From sequence record ON005621.1: a stretch of 32,000 nt of DNA; one strand, written 5' to 3'. This document shows positions 15,113 to 25,052 of the stretch, one piece after another. The position numbers were made by a program, and so were the translations under genes. Position 1 is the first letter of the stretch, and the number at the start of each line of letters is the position of its first letter. The notes beneath the pieces were generated by a model. The model ran no database searches. It was not told the DNA's origin and saw only the letters and a list, made by a program, of their open reading frames with translations. The DNA comes from Stenotrophomonas phage A1432.

Positions 15113-16045
15113 ATGCCTTCCGTGACCCTCGCCGAATCGGCGAAGCTGGCCCAGGACGAGCTCGTCGCTGGCGTCATCGAGAACGTCATCACCGTCAACG
15201 AAATCTACGAGCTGCTGCCCTTCGACGGCATCAACGGCAACGCCCTGGCGTACAACCGTGAGAACGTCCTGGGCGACGTGCAGATGGGCGGCGTTGGCAC
15301 CACCATCACCGCCAAGAACCCGGCGACCTTCACCCACGTGACCTCGACCCTGACCACCATCATGGGCGATGCCGAGGTCAACGGTCTGATCCAGGCCACC
15401 CGCTCCGGCGATGGCAACGACCAGACCGCCGTGCAGGTTGCCTCCAAGGCCAAGTCGGCCGGTCGTCAGTACCAGGACCAGATGGTCAACGGCGATGGCA
15501 CCGGCAACAACATGACCGGTATGTTCGGCCTGGTCGCCGCGGGCCAGACCATCACCGCCAACAACGGTGCTGCCAACGGTGCGGCCCTGTCGTTCGAGGA
15601 CCTGGACGCCCTGATCGACCTGGTGACCGACAAGGACGGCCAGGTGGACTACCTGATGATGCACTCCCGCACCCGCCGCAAGTACCTGGCGCTGCTGCGT
15701 GCTCTGGGCGGTACCACCCCGGGTGACATCTACACCATGGCGTCCGGCCGCCAGATCCCGGCCTACCGTGGCATCCCGATCTTCCGCAACGACTGGATCC
15801 CGACCAACCAGACCCAGGGCACCTCGACCAACGCCACCTCGGTGTTCGCCGGTACCTTCGATGACGGCAGCCGCTCCCACGGCATCGCCGGCCTGACCGC
15901 CGAAACCCAGGCCGGCCTGAACATCAAGTACGTCGGTGAGAAGGAAGATGCGGATGAGAGCATCACCCGTATCACCTGGTACTGCGGCCTGGCGCTGTTC
16001 AGCGAGAAGGGCCTGGCCGTGCTGAAGGGCGTCACCCCGGGCTAA
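15113..16045 (+). CDS. Major capsid protein (HK97-fold type)
   Basis: MPSVTLAESAKLAQDELVAGVIENVITVNEIYELLPFDGINGNALAYNRENVLGDVQMGGVG...GIPIFRNDWIP...GLAVLKGVTPG. Confidence 0.88.
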   Translation: MPSVTLAESAKLAQDELVAGVIENVITVNEIYELLPFDGINGNALAYNRENVLGDVQMGGVGTTITAKNPATFTHVTSTLTTIMGDAEVNGLIQATRSGDGNDQTAVQVASKAKSAGRQYQDQMVNGDGTGNNMTGMFGLVAAGQTITANNGAANGAALSFEDLDALIDLVTDKDGQVDYLMMHSRTRRKYLALLRALGGTTPGDIYTMASGRQIPAYRGIPIFRNDWIPTNQTQGTSTNATSVFAGTFDDGSRSHGIAGLTAETQAGLNIKYVGEKEDADESITRITWYCGLALFSEKGLAVLKGVTPG

Positions 16046-16050
16046 TCCCC

Positions 16051-16112
16051 GGGCGAGCCGCCCTACGTGGCACAAGTGGGGCGGGCCTTAATCGGCTCGC
16101 CCCTTTTCTTTT
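16051..16112 (+). terminator. Possible terminator or processing hairpin after the capsid gene
   Basis: GGGCGAGCCG (16051-16060) pairs with CGGCTCGCCC (16093-16102), followed by CTTTTCTTTT. Confidence 0.55.
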
Positions 16113-16129
16113 CAGTCAAGGAGAACTGT

Positions 16130-16771
16130 ATGGCCCTGTATTTCCTGGCGATCCCGAAGCAGTCGGGTGCCCAGACCATCCGCAACGGCCGCACCGCCAT
16201 CATCGTGAAGATCGCTGATGGCCTGACCGCCCCGAATGCCCTGGCGGCGGCTCGTACGGCAGCTGCAGCCCAGGACGTTGGCAACGAAGCCATCTGGGGC
16301 CGTGCCACCGGTGGTTACATGTCGGAAGACTCCATCACCCTGGCAGGCAACTTCGTGTGGCTCGGTCAGACGCCCGAGACGCCGGAAGCCCTGACTGGTG
16401 CGGCTGGTCCTGGCGGCGGTGCCAGTGTGGCGAATGGCGCCACGGTCTCCGTCCGCAACAGCGCAGGCGCGGATCCCCACAACGGCACTGCCGTCGTGTC
16501 GGGTTCCACCTTCACCGGCGTCAACCTGGCCGCCACTGTCGCCCTGGTGGACTCTGCTGACACCATCCCCCTGCAGAACAGTGCAGGCGCTTCCAAGGGC
16601 AATGCTACCGTGACGGTGGCAGCTGGCGTCCCGACGAATGTGCGTGCTCCGGCCACCTCGGCCATCGTGGCCAACAACGAGGTGCTCACCGTGCCGATCA
16701 CCGGCACGGGTACGACCTCGGCGACGGTGACCGTTGCCAATGGCGTCGTGACCGGCCTGGCGCTCGCATAA
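16130..16771 (+). CDS. Putative capsid-associated/decoration protein
   Basis: MALYFLAIPKQSGAQTIRNGRTAIIVKIADG..., Gly/Ala/Thr-rich C-terminal half; AAGGAG upstream. Function inferred from position. Confidence 0.6.
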   Translation: MALYFLAIPKQSGAQTIRNGRTAIIVKIADGLTAPNALAAARTAAAAQDVGNEAIWGRATGGYMSEDSITLAGNFVWLGQTPETPEALTGAAGPGGGASVANGATVSVRNSAGADPHNGTAVVSGSTFTGVNLAATVALVDSADTIPLQNSAGASKGNATVTVAAGVPTNVRAPATSAIVANNEVLTVPITGTGTTSATVTVANGVVTGLALA

Positions 16772-16776
16772 TCGCA

Positions 16777-16806
16777 CACAGCCCAGGCGCGCACGTGCCT
16801 GGGTTG
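16777..16806 (+). terminator. Weak terminator-like hairpin
   Basis: CAGCCCAGGC / GCCTGGGTTG, weak T-tract. Confidence 0.35.
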
Positions 16807-16831
16807 TCCCTCAACTCATAGGAAGCCGCTG

Positions 16832-17464
16832 ATGTCCAGCACCTCCAAAAACTTCGTCCTGATCGGCCCGCATGCCGGCAAGACGATGACCATCAATGGT
16901 CACCAGTTTGTCGACGGCAAGTTCACCTTCCGTGGCGACTCGTCCCACATCGAAACCCTGACCCGCATCTTCTCGTTCTACGGCGCCGTGCCGGATGACC
17001 AGGCTGGCCCGGAAGTCGAGGACCAGGATGATGGTCAGCCGACCCGCGCTGAGCTGGATCGCATCCTGGCATCCCTGCCGATGGACCAGACCGATCCGGA
17101 CTACGTGGTCAATGGCCTGCGGGGCCATTTCGGCGAGCTGTTCACCGACGAGGACGAAGCCCATGTGCGTGAGCTGGTCATTGCCCCGCCGGCTGCACCG
17201 GCTGAACCGAGCGCTCCGCCGGCCGAAGCGACTGGCAGTGACACCAACACCGCTCCCCCGGCTGCCCCGCCGGCTGACGTGAAGCCGGACCTGGCGGAAG
17301 CGATCGGCCTGCTGGACCCGGAAGCCAGCAACGACTGGACCTCCAACAACCTGCCGTCCCTGGAACGCCTGGAAGCCCTGACCGGCACCAAGCCGTCCCG
17401 CTCGGACGTTGAAGGCATCGCCCCCGGCTACACCCGCGCCAAGGCCAAGGCCGCTAAGGCCTAA
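16832..17464 (+). CDS. Structural-region hypothetical protein (210 aa)
   Basis: MSSTSKNFVLIGPHAGKTMTINGHQFVDGKFTFRGD...; collinear with virion genes. Confidence 0.7.
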   Translation: MSSTSKNFVLIGPHAGKTMTINGHQFVDGKFTFRGDSSHIETLTRIFSFYGAVPDDQAGPEVEDQDDGQPTRAELDRILASLPMDQTDPDYVVNGLRGHFGELFTDEDEAHVRELVIAPPAAPAEPSAPPAEATGSDTNTAPPAAPPADVKPDLAEAIGLLDPEASNDWTSNNLPSLERLEALTGTKPSRSDVEGIAPGYTRAKAKAAKA

Positions 17465-17486
17465 GCCCAACTAGAGGAACGACACC

Positions 17487-18014
17487 ATGGCTTTCAAGCA
17501 GCAGAACAAGGACGGTACGGTCGAAGGTGCCAACGCGTACACGGACCCCGCTACCGTCCGTGCCTACTGGTTGGACCGTGGTGTCGACCTCTCCAGCAAG
17601 TCGGACCAGGAGCTGGAGGCCGCCATCATCAACGCGACCACCTACCTGGACGCCCGCTATTCCTGGATTGGCTGGCAGCTGTACCGCCTCCAGGGAACGC
17701 AGTGGCCGAGAGGGGGCCTCCCGACCTCCTTCCTGCGCGGCATCCCGCCGGCACTGGTCCAGGTGACCTGCATGGTCGCCAATCGTGCCCTCTCGGGCAA
17801 GCCGCTCATGCCTGATCCCACGTTCGACCCGAGCGGCCAAAAGGTCACCCAGGCGACCAAAAAGGTCGGACCGATCGAGGTATCGAACACTTACGCCGAG
17901 AGCACCTGGGGCAACCCGGCGGCGACCGTGCCGCAGTTCCCGGAGGTCACCTTGACGCTCCAGGCTGCCGGCATGATCCAGTCCGGCAATTCCGGCCGGG
18001 TGGCGCGCGGCTAA
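17487..18014 (+). CDS. Head-tail connector/adaptor-like protein
   Basis: YTDPATVRAYWLDRGVDLSSKSDQELEAAIINATTYLDARY...; resembles the phage DnaT-like/adaptor family. Confidence 0.7.
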   Translation: MAFKQQNKDGTVEGANAYTDPATVRAYWLDRGVDLSSKSDQELEAAIINATTYLDARYSWIGWQLYRLQGTQWPRGGLPTSFLRGIPPALVQVTCMVANRALSGKPLMPDPTFDPSGQKVTQATKKVGPIEVSNTYAESTWGNPAATVPQFPEVTLTLQAAGMIQSGNSGRVARG

Positions 18015-18376
18015 TGGCTACCTTCGACTACGCCGGCCTCAAGGCCGAAGTGGATGCCCTCCTGGTGGAGTTCGGCCAGGATTGCGTCATCCGCCGTCAG
18101 TCCGCGGCAACTGTTGATCCGGTCACCGGCGTCGTAACCCCCGGCGCCACGACCAACATCCCGGTGGTGGGCTGCATCACCGACTACGCCGACAAGCTGA
18201 TTGACGGCACGAATATCAAGCGGGGTGATCGCCTGGTGTACATCCAGGCAGTCACTCCGCCCAAGCAGGGCGACCTGTTCATCGAGGCCAATGGGACCCA
18301 GTGGGCCATGGTTGATTTTGATGCGGTCGATCCGGCCGGTCTTGCTCTGGTTTACGCCCTGCAGCTCCGGAGGTAA
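18014..18376 (+). CDS. Putative head-tail completion protein
   Basis: MATFDYAGLKAEVDALLVEFGQDCVIRRQSAATVDPVTGVVTPG...; position and size. Confidence 0.65.
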   Translation: MATFDYAGLKAEVDALLVEFGQDCVIRRQSAATVDPVTGVVTPGATTNIPVVGCITDYADKLIDGTNIKRGDRLVYIQAVTPPKQGDLFIEANGTQWAMVDFDAVDPAGLALVYALQLRR

Positions 18377-18378
18377 CA

Positions 18379-18771
18379 ATGGCACTGTTCGCTGCCCAGG
18401 TGCGCGGCTTCGGCATCAAAACGATGGACCGGGTCGACAAGGTGCGGCGAGCCTCGGTGCTGGAGTTGTTCAAGCTGGTCATCTACTCAACGCCTGTCGA
18501 TACCGGCAGGCTTCGTGGCAACTGGCAGACGACGATCAACACCCCGAAGTGGGGAGTGATCGATCGAGACGATACCGGCGGCGCGGCTGCACTGGCTGAA
18601 GCGATGGCTAACCTGGGCTCCCTGGTAGACGTCGTGTGGTTCACCAACAATCTGCCATACGCCGAGCGAATCGAGTATGACGGATGGAGCAAGCAGGCGC
18701 CTGAGGGCATGGTGCGTAGGCACCTCGCCTCCTGGCAGCGGATCGTGGCCGCCAAGGCCAAGGCATACTAG
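18379..18771 (+). CDS. HK97 gp10-like head-tail/minor tail protein
   Basis: ...FKLVIYSTPVDTGRLRGNWQTTIN...NNLPYAERIEYDGWSKQAPEGMV. Confidence 0.75.
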   Translation: MALFAAQVRGFGIKTMDRVDKVRRASVLELFKLVIYSTPVDTGRLRGNWQTTINTPKWGVIDRDDTGGAAALAEAMANLGSLVDVVWFTNNLPYAERIEYDGWSKQAPEGMVRRHLASWQRIVAAKAKAY

Positions 18772-18779
18772 GAGCCAGC

Positions 18780-19205
18780 ATGGCCATCAACCCCTTCAGC
18801 GGTCTCGACAAGGCATTGCGCCAGAGCGTGATCGACGCCAACTTGGGGCTGCCCTATGCTGCCATCGAGAACTTCCCGTTTGAGAAGCCCTCGGCGCAGC
18901 TGCCCTGGGCAGCCATCTTCATCCTGGAGAACCAGCCCATCGTGGCTACCCTGGGTGACGAGGGCCAGGACGCCCACGACGGCATCCTGCAGATTGACCT
19001 GAACTACCCCCTCAATTCCGGCACCGCGGCTGTGACAGCCAAGGCTGACCAGCTGACGGACTTCTACAAGGCGGGCAAGCGATTTGCTCACTCTGGGGTC
19101 GAGCTGACGGTTACCTCGTGCGGCCGCTCACGCGGGCGCGAGGTTGATGGTTGGTATCGCGTGAGCATGACTATCCCCTGGTTCGCCCGGGTCTCCCGTA
19201 ATTAA
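18780..19205 (+). CDS. Tail terminator-like protein
   Basis: MAINPFSGLDKALRQSVIDANLGLPYAAIENFPFEKPSAQLPWAAIFILENQP...; position between gp10-like and tail tube genes. Confidence 0.65.
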   Translation: MAINPFSGLDKALRQSVIDANLGLPYAAIENFPFEKPSAQLPWAAIFILENQPIVATLGDEGQDAHDGILQIDLNYPLNSGTAAVTAKADQLTDFYKAGKRFAHSGVELTVTSCGRSRGREVDGWYRVSMTIPWFARVSRN

Positions 19206-19227
19206 TCCACTGTAGGAGCGTATCACC

Positions 19228-20397
19228 ATGGCAAACGGCAGCCGCCACTCCATGCGCTACGTCGCCGAGACCGCATATGGTCAGACCCCGGCGACTCCCG
19301 CGTTCAAGCCCATCCGCCACACCGGCACCACCCTCGGTCTGTCCAAGGAATCCCTGCAGTCCGAGGAAATCCGTGCGGACCGCCATATCGCGGACTTCCG
19401 CCATGGCGCTTCCCAGGTGGGCGGTGACATCAACTTCGAGCTGAGCTTCGGCAGCTTCGACGACCTGCTGGAAGGCGTCCTGCTGGGTACCTGGACGTCC
19501 AGCTTCACCACGGGCGCGCAGAGCCTGAGCGCTACCGTCGGCACCTTCGCCCGTGCGGCCGGTTCGTTCATCACGGACGGCCTGGCTGTGGGCCAGACCA
19601 TCATCGCTTCGGGCTTCACCAACGCCGGCAACAACGGGCGCTTCAAGATCACCGCTCTGACGGCCACCTCGGCCACGGTGACGGCCCTGGAAGGCCAGAC
19701 CCAGGTGGTGGAAGCAGCTGCAACTGGCCGTACCCTGGCGACCTTCGCAGGCAAGCTGAAGGCTGGCACGGTCCGCCGCTCCTTCACCGTCGAGCGCTTC
19801 TTCGGCGACATTGCCACGGCTGACAAGCCCTACCACCGCTTCGCCGGTGTGGAGCTGAACACCCTGGGCCTGGCGATCAGCGCCAACGCGATGATTACCG
19901 GCACCATCGGTACCGTCGGCCGCAGCCTGAAGACCGATACCGTCATCGTGCCGGGGGCCACCTATGCCCAGCCGACGACCACCTCGCCCCTGGACTCGTT
20001 CACCGGCACCCTGAACGAAGCAGGCACCCCGATCGCGGTCATCACCGAAATCCAGCTGAACCTGGAGAACGGCCTGGAAGCGCGCTTCGTGGTGGGTTCC
20101 AAGGAATCCATCCTGCCGTCGATCGGCCGTTCCAACTGCTCGGGCACCATCACGGCGTACTTCGAGAACTCCCTGCTGCTGGACAAGTTCATCAACGAGA
20201 CCGAGTCCAACATCGTCTTTGAGCTCCCGGATGGCGCTGGCAACAAGTACATCGTCACCCTGCCGCGCATCAAGTACAACGGCGGCCAGCCGGACGTCGA
20301 AGGCGAAGGCCCGGTCACCCTGAGCATGCCCTTCCAGGCGCTGCTGGACTCGGTCACCCAGACCAACATCCAGATCGAGCGCGTCCCGGCTCCGTAA
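19228..20397 (+). CDS. Major tail (tube) protein
   Basis: MANGSRHSMRYVAETAYGQTPATPAFKPIRHTGTTLGLSKESLQSEEIRADRHIADFRHGASQVGGDINFEL... Confidence 0.85.
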   Translation: MANGSRHSMRYVAETAYGQTPATPAFKPIRHTGTTLGLSKESLQSEEIRADRHIADFRHGASQVGGDINFELSFGSFDDLLEGVLLGTWTSSFTTGAQSLSATVGTFARAAGSFITDGLAVGQTIIASGFTNAGNNGRFKITALTATSATVTALEGQTQVVEAAATGRTLATFAGKLKAGTVRRSFTVERFFGDIATADKPYHRFAGVELNTLGLAISANAMITGTIGTVGRSLKTDTVIVPGATYAQPTTTSPLDSFTGTLNEAGTPIAVITEIQLNLENGLEARFVVGSKESILPSIGRSNCSGTITAYFENSLLLDKFINETESNIVFELPDGAGNKYIVTLPRIKYNGGQPDVEGEGPVTLSMPFQALLDSVTQTNIQIERVPAP

Positions 20398-20437
20398 GCA
20401 TTACCCACAATAAGAATCAGACCGCGGGAGTTTCATC

Positions 20438-20842
20438 ATGCAAGAGTTCTTCACTCGTGAAAAGGCCAACGAGGGGATCCAGGTTCCCCTCTGGCGTCCG
20501 GATGGCACCAAGAGCGAGCACTGGATCCGTATCCGGGGCATTGACTCGGACATCTTCCGGGAAGCCGATGCCATGGCACGCCGCGAGGCTGTCGGTATCG
20601 CTTCTGTGGAAGACCCGGCTGAACGGTCGCGCCAGATCGCCGCATTGAAGCGGCGTCTGTCCGTGAGCCTGGTGGTGGACTGGTCATTCCCTGAGGAGTG
20701 CACCAAGGAAGCGGTGGAGAAGTTCTTCATCGAGGCTCCCCAGATCATGGACGCCATCGACACTGCCTCTGGCAAGCGTGCACTTTTTTTCGCGAGCGAG
20801 TCGAGCAGCTCGCAGCCTTCGCCGAGCACAGTTTCAAGCTAG
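20438..20842 (+). CDS. Tail assembly chaperone, short (G-like) form
   Basis: MQEFFTREKANEGIQVPLWRPDGTKSEHWIRIRGIDSDIFREADAMARREA...; between tube and tape-measure genes. Confidence 0.8.
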   Translation: MQEFFTREKANEGIQVPLWRPDGTKSEHWIRIRGIDSDIFREADAMARREAVGIASVEDPAERSRQIAALKRRLSVSLVVDWSFPEECTKEAVEKFFIEAPQIMDAIDTASGKRALFFASESSSSQPSPSTVSS

Positions 20843-21123
20843 ACATGATTCCCAAGGGGTCTAAGCAGACCCTGCGGGCTTCCCTGGAACAGGTCTGGAA
20901 GACCCTGAAGCGGAAGCCTGAACAGTTGAACGGACCCGAGCTCCCGGAAGAGCTCGAGTACGTCTGGGAATGGTTTCGTGAGGTATTCGCCGGGACGCCT
21001 CTAACGTTCCAGGAAATGCAGGCCTGGTCCAACATGACAGGCAAGCGGCTGCTGGGCTGGGAGGCTGACCTCATCAAGTCCCTTGACCGCATTTTCTGGA
21101 AGGTGAATAACCGTGGCAACTGA
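20438..21123 (+). CDS. Tail assembly chaperone, frameshifted (GT-like) form, about 228 aa via -1 frameshift
   Basis: Slippery T_TTT_TTC in the zero frame; the -1 frame continues RERVEQLAAFAEHSFKLDMIPKGSKQTLRASLEQVWKTLKRKPEQL... to a stop at 21123, overlapping the tape-measure start. Confidence 0.8.
20785..20791 (+). promoter_or_regulatory. Programmed -1 ribosomal frameshift slippery site (T TTT TTC)
   Basis: Zero-frame codons GCA CTT TTT TTC; downstream GCGAG...CTCGC could form a short stem. Confidence 0.8.
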
Positions 21124-23584
21124 CGTAGCCAGTCTGGCCATCAAGATTGAGTCGCTCCAGGTCGCCCAGGCGGACAACCGCCTGAAGAGCCTGTCATCCA
21201 CAAGCGGGCGGGCCGAGAAGGCCACGTCGGGCCTCATGGGAGTCTTCGCCCGCTTTGCAGGCCCTGTGGCAGCCGCAGCTGCTGCCATGGGCGCCCTCAA
21301 CAAGGTGATGGACGTCCAACGCCAGTTCGACGTCCTGAATGCTGGTCTGATTACCGCGACCGGCTCCTCTGAGAAGGCGGCAATCGCCTTCGACGCTCTG
21401 CGGGAGTTCGCCCAGAATACCCCGTATGACCTGAACCAGGCAGTCGAGGGCTTCACCAAGCTGGTGAACCTCGGCCTGGACCCGAGCGAAAAGGCCCTAA
21501 TGTCGTATGGCAACACTGCCAGCGCCATGGGCAAGGACCTCAACCAGATGATCGAAGCCGTGGCCGATGCCGCCACCGGTGAGTTCGAGCGGTTGAAGGA
21601 GTTCGGCATCAAGGCCAAGCAGCAGGGAGACCAGGTCTCCCTGACCTTCCGTGGTGTCACCACCCAGATCGGGAACAACGCCGCTGAAATCGAGAAGTAC
21701 CTGACGGACCTCGGCGAGAATGAGTTCGCCGGCGCGATGCAGCAGCGCATGGACTCGCTTGACGGCGCCATGGCCAACCTGGGCGACACCTGGGACCAGC
21801 TCTGGCTGACCATCAGCCAGTCCGGCATCGGTGACGTGATCGAGGCCGCAGTCCGCCAGGCAACGGATGCCCTCCAGGAGCTGACCGACATGATCGCGTC
21901 GGGCCAGATGGAGAACCTCCTGGCTTCCCAGACTGTACAGTGGGCCAACTGGGGCACGGACATTGAGGACACCCTCGACATCCTGTCCAAGTTCATCAGC
22001 GACACCTTTGACGACTGGGGTGTTGAGGGTGAGGACCTGGTGAAGTTCCTGACGGATGCCCTGTCGCAGTTCCCGTCCAACGTGCGGGCCATGATCCAGA
22101 TCGCCGTCGTGGAGTTCGCTTCCGGCTTCGATCGCATCATCGCAGGTGCCGAGTTCTGGCGGGACTCCATGAAGGCGGTCTTCGACGACACCACCATTGC
22201 CGATGCCGGCAGGAAGTGGTTGTCGGAACAGGAGCGCATCAGCCGGGTCCGCCTGGATGCCATCTCTGAAATCATTGACGAGCGGGACGCATCCGTCAAG
22301 GCCAGTGAGGAGAAGATCGCTGCCGCCAAGAAGGCCCGTGAGGAGTACGACAAGGAGCAGGAAGCCAGGAAGAAGGCCCAGGGCGACCGCCTGGCGCAGT
22401 TCCGGGTAGGGGCCGACCGTCCGAGTAAGGCATCGTCCGGTGTTGACAAGGCCGCAGCTGCCGAGGCTAAGCGCCAGAAACAGGAATTCGACCGTCTGAA
22501 GGAATCCCTTGCCACGGAAGAAGAGGCCATCTCGGCGTCCTACACGAAGCGCCTCAAGATCATCGAAGCCAATACAGCGGCAGGCTCCGAGGAGCGCAAG
22601 AAGCTGGTTGGTCGTCTTGACCAGGAGCGCAACGATGCCCTGCAGAAGCTGGGCGTCTATGGCAACTCGGAGCTGGAGTCCCTGCGTGAGTCTATGCTCA
22701 AGCAGGAAGACGTCATCAAGGAATCCTACGACCGCCGCATCGCGCTGATACGGGCGAACACGGAGGAAGGCTCCAAGGCACGCACCGAGCTGGAGGGTAA
22801 GGTCTCCGCTGATCGTGACAAGGCGCTAGCCGAGGTTGAGAAGCAGCGCCAGTCGGAGCGGGATAGCCTGTACAATTCCCTGCTCACCGAGGAGGAAGCC
22901 CTCAAGCAGTCGTACGAGCGGAAGAAGCAGCTGATCCTGACCAGTGAGGCGGTCACGGAGACGGAGCGCCAGGACCTCCTCAAGCGCCTGCAGAAGCAGT
23001 ACAACGATGAGCAGGCCCAGATGGAGAACCAGCGCATCCAGACCCAGCTCCAGGGCGCGGCGGCCATGTTCGACGGCCTCGCTGGGCTGGCAAAGGGCTA
23101 CGCTGGTGAACAGTCCAAGGCCTACCGAGTACTATTCGCCGTGAGCAAGGCCTTCAGCGTCGCCCAGGCCGCCATGTCGATCGCGACAGGCCTGGCGAAA
23201 GCACAGGAGCTGGGTTTCCCGGCCAACCTGGCTGAGATGGCCCGCGTGGCGGCAACCGGCGCATCCATCGTCGCCCAGATCAATGGCTCCCAGTTCTCGG
23301 GTGCTTACGACAAGGGCGGCCAGATCCCAGCTGGTAAGGTGGGCATCGTCGGTGAGTATGGTCCCGAGCTGGTACGTGGCCCGGCTTCCGTACGCGGGCG
23401 CGAGCTGTCCTCCCGGTCCTACCCGGATGGTGCGGGCGGCCCGGCAGCACTGCCGCCCCAGGTTACCGTCAAGAACATCAACGTGCTCGATCCCAGCCTG
23501 GTAGGCGACTACCTGGGGACGGACGAGGGAGAGAAGCTCATCATGAATGTGGTGCAGCGAAACCAGCAGTCGCTGGGCTACTAA
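21113..23584 (+). CDS. Tail tape measure protein
   Basis: GTG start; long helical protein with TMP-like N-terminus (KIESLQVAQADNRLKSLSSTSGRAEKATSG...NAGLITATGSSEKAAIAFDALREFAQNTPYDLNQAVEGFTKLVNLGLDPSEKAL). Confidence 0.9.
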   Translation: MATDVASLAIKIESLQVAQADNRLKSLSSTSGRAEKATSGLMGVFARFAGPVAAAAAAMGALNKVMDVQRQFDVLNAGLITATGSSEKAAIAFDALREFAQNTPYDLNQAVEGFTKLVNLGLDPSEKALMSYGNTASAMGKDLNQMIEAVADAATGEFERLKEFGIKAKQQGDQVSLTFRGVTTQIGNNAAEIEKYLTDLGENEFAGAMQQRMDSLDGAMANLGDTWDQLWLTISQSGIGDVIEAAVRQATDALQELTDMIASGQMENLLASQTVQWANWGTDIEDTLDILSKFISDTFDDWGVEGEDLVKFLTDALSQFPSNVRAMIQIAVVEFASGFDRIIAGAEFWRDSMKAVFDDTTIADAGRKWLSEQERISRVRLDAISEIIDERDASVKASEEKIAAAKKAREEYDKEQEARKKAQGDRLAQFRVGADRPSKASSGVDKAAAAEAKRQKQEFDRLKESLATEEEAISASYTKRLKIIEANTAAGSEERKKLVGRLDQERNDALQKLGVYGNSELESLRESMLKQEDVIKESYDRRIALIRANTEEGSKARTELEGKVSADRDKALAEVEKQRQSERDSLYNSLLTEEEALKQSYERKKQLILTSEAVTETERQDLLKRLQKQYNDEQAQMENQRIQTQLQGAAAMFDGLAGLAKGYAGEQSKAYRVLFAVSKAFSVAQAAMSIATGLAKAQELGFPANLAEMARVAATGASIVAQINGSQFSGAYDKGGQIPAGKVGIVGEYGPELVRGPASVRGRELSSRSYPDGAGGPAALPPQVTVKNINVLDPSLVGDYLGTDEGEKLIMNVVQRNQQSLGY

Positions 23585-23597
23585 TCAGGAGAAAGAG

Positions 23598-25049
23598 ATG
23601 GCTGTCGAGACTGGCTCTGCCGCCAACTGGGTTGACGCCCTGGCGAAGTTGAGGACGTTCCTCACCACCAACGCGGCCTTGGTGGCGGCAGGCCAGGCTT
23701 GGCAGGAGCTGCGATGGCTCCAAGACAACCTGGAGTCGATCGATACCACCTTCACGATCGATATGGGCACGAACAATGGGCGCATTGCCTATCTGACGCG
23801 CCCTGACTTCCGCACCCAGAACTACGGCAGTGAGCTCAGCGCCGAAATCTCGGCGACAGGCTTCCTTGCCGGTCAGGGCCTCCGCATGAAGTTGCGGACT
23901 GCCAAGGCTGTCACTTCCTTCGTCTACAGGGCGGGCAACGGCTCCACTGGCGATAACCCCCGCAACTTCCGCATCCAGTACTCTGATGACGGCACGACCT
24001 GGACTGACGCCCTGACAGTGACGGGCGAAGTCAACTGGACACGCCAGGAAGAGCGGACCTACGCCATTCCGGCCGCCACAGGGGTCCACCTGTGGTGGCG
24101 TTTCACTGTGGACCTCCTGGTCTCTGGGTCCATCCTGCGCATGGGCTCCGTCCTGCTGTACAACGGCGCGGAGCATGTCAACAGTTCGGAGTCCAACCTG
24201 GCCCTCAAAGGCACAGGCCTGGCCGGAGCCGACGAAATCTTCCTCTTCTTCCGTACCTGGTACGCGACGGATGAAGGCGCTTATGCTCTGACGTTCAACG
24301 CTGGTACGGGCTACCTGCCCAATGAGCGCTCTCTGAACAAGCAGCCGGGCCTCAACCCACGCGGCAACATGGTGGTGCCGCTCTGGCAGACGACCATGCC
24401 GTACTGGTTCGTGGCCAACGGCCGCCGGGTCATTTTCGTCTTCAAGGTATCCACCAGCTATGAGTCGGGGTATGCGGGGCTCTTCCTGCCTTTCGCCACC
24501 CCCTCTCAGTACGCGCTGCCCCTGTATATCGGAGGCAGTGCAGCCCCGGACTCGCCATCCTACAAGTACGACTATGTAAGCGCGGCCCATAGCTGCTTCT
24601 GCATCCCTGGGCAGGTGAGCTATGCCAGCTCGTCAGACGACTTCGTGACGTACTCGACGGGCCGAGTGATGCTGCCTGACGGCTCCTGGTTCGGCTTGAC
24701 CAACCGACCCAATAGCCGTACCAACTCCGAAGCTTTGATCCATGGGTCTGGCACGCCAGGAAGCATCTACCCCTGGAATACCTTCGGCGATGGCTTGATG
24801 AATTCCACTAGCAACGCCCCTTTCCGTGAGAATGTGGGCGGCAGCTATTCACCGGTTCCAGCACAGCTGTTCCAGCGCCGGCCAATCGGCAATTCCAAGT
24901 GGCTCGGTCAGCTCGACGGGGTGGCCTATATCTCAGGCTTTGGCAATGGCCCTGAGAATACCGGTGTTATTGACGGGAAGAACTACACGGTCTTCCAGAA
25001 CGCCTACCGTAACTCCATTTCGGAGTTCTTTGCCCTCAAGATGGAGTAA
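23598..25049 (+). CDS. Tail protein with discoidin/F5-8-like region
   Basis: MAVETGSAANWVDALAKLRTFLTTNAA...NFRIQYSDDGTTWTDALTVTGEVNWTRQEERTYAIPAATGVHLWWRFTV; GAGAAAGAG upstream of ATG 23598. Confidence 0.7.
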   Translation: MAVETGSAANWVDALAKLRTFLTTNAALVAAGQAWQELRWLQDNLESIDTTFTIDMGTNNGRIAYLTRPDFRTQNYGSELSAEISATGFLAGQGLRMKLRTAKAVTSFVYRAGNGSTGDNPRNFRIQYSDDGTTWTDALTVTGEVNWTRQEERTYAIPAATGVHLWWRFTVDLLVSGSILRMGSVLLYNGAEHVNSSESNLALKGTGLAGADEIFLFFRTWYATDEGAYALTFNAGTGYLPNERSLNKQPGLNPRGNMVVPLWQTTMPYWFVANGRRVIFVFKVSTSYESGYAGLFLPFATPSQYALPLYIGGSAAPDSPSYKYDYVSAAHSCFCIPGQVSYASSSDDFVTYSTGRVMLPDGSWFGLTNRPNSRTNSEALIHGSGTPGSIYPWNTFGDGLMNSTSNAPFRENVGGSYSPVPAQLFQRRPIGNSKWLGQLDGVAYISGFGNGPENTGVIDGKNYTVFQNAYRNSISEFFALKME

Positions 25050-25052
25050 GTC

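Noticed and set aside
16811-17470. - strand ORF (219 aa) opposite the 210-aa structural gene
   Set aside because: Shadow ORF in a Pro/Ala-rich high-GC gene.
21001-22530. Long - strand ORF (509 aa) opposite the tape measure gene
   Set aside because: Low-complexity Ser/Ala/Arg shadow of an obvious tape measure ORF.
23541-24590. - strand ORF (349 aa) opposite a tail gene
   Set aside because: Shadow ORF with no independent coding signals.
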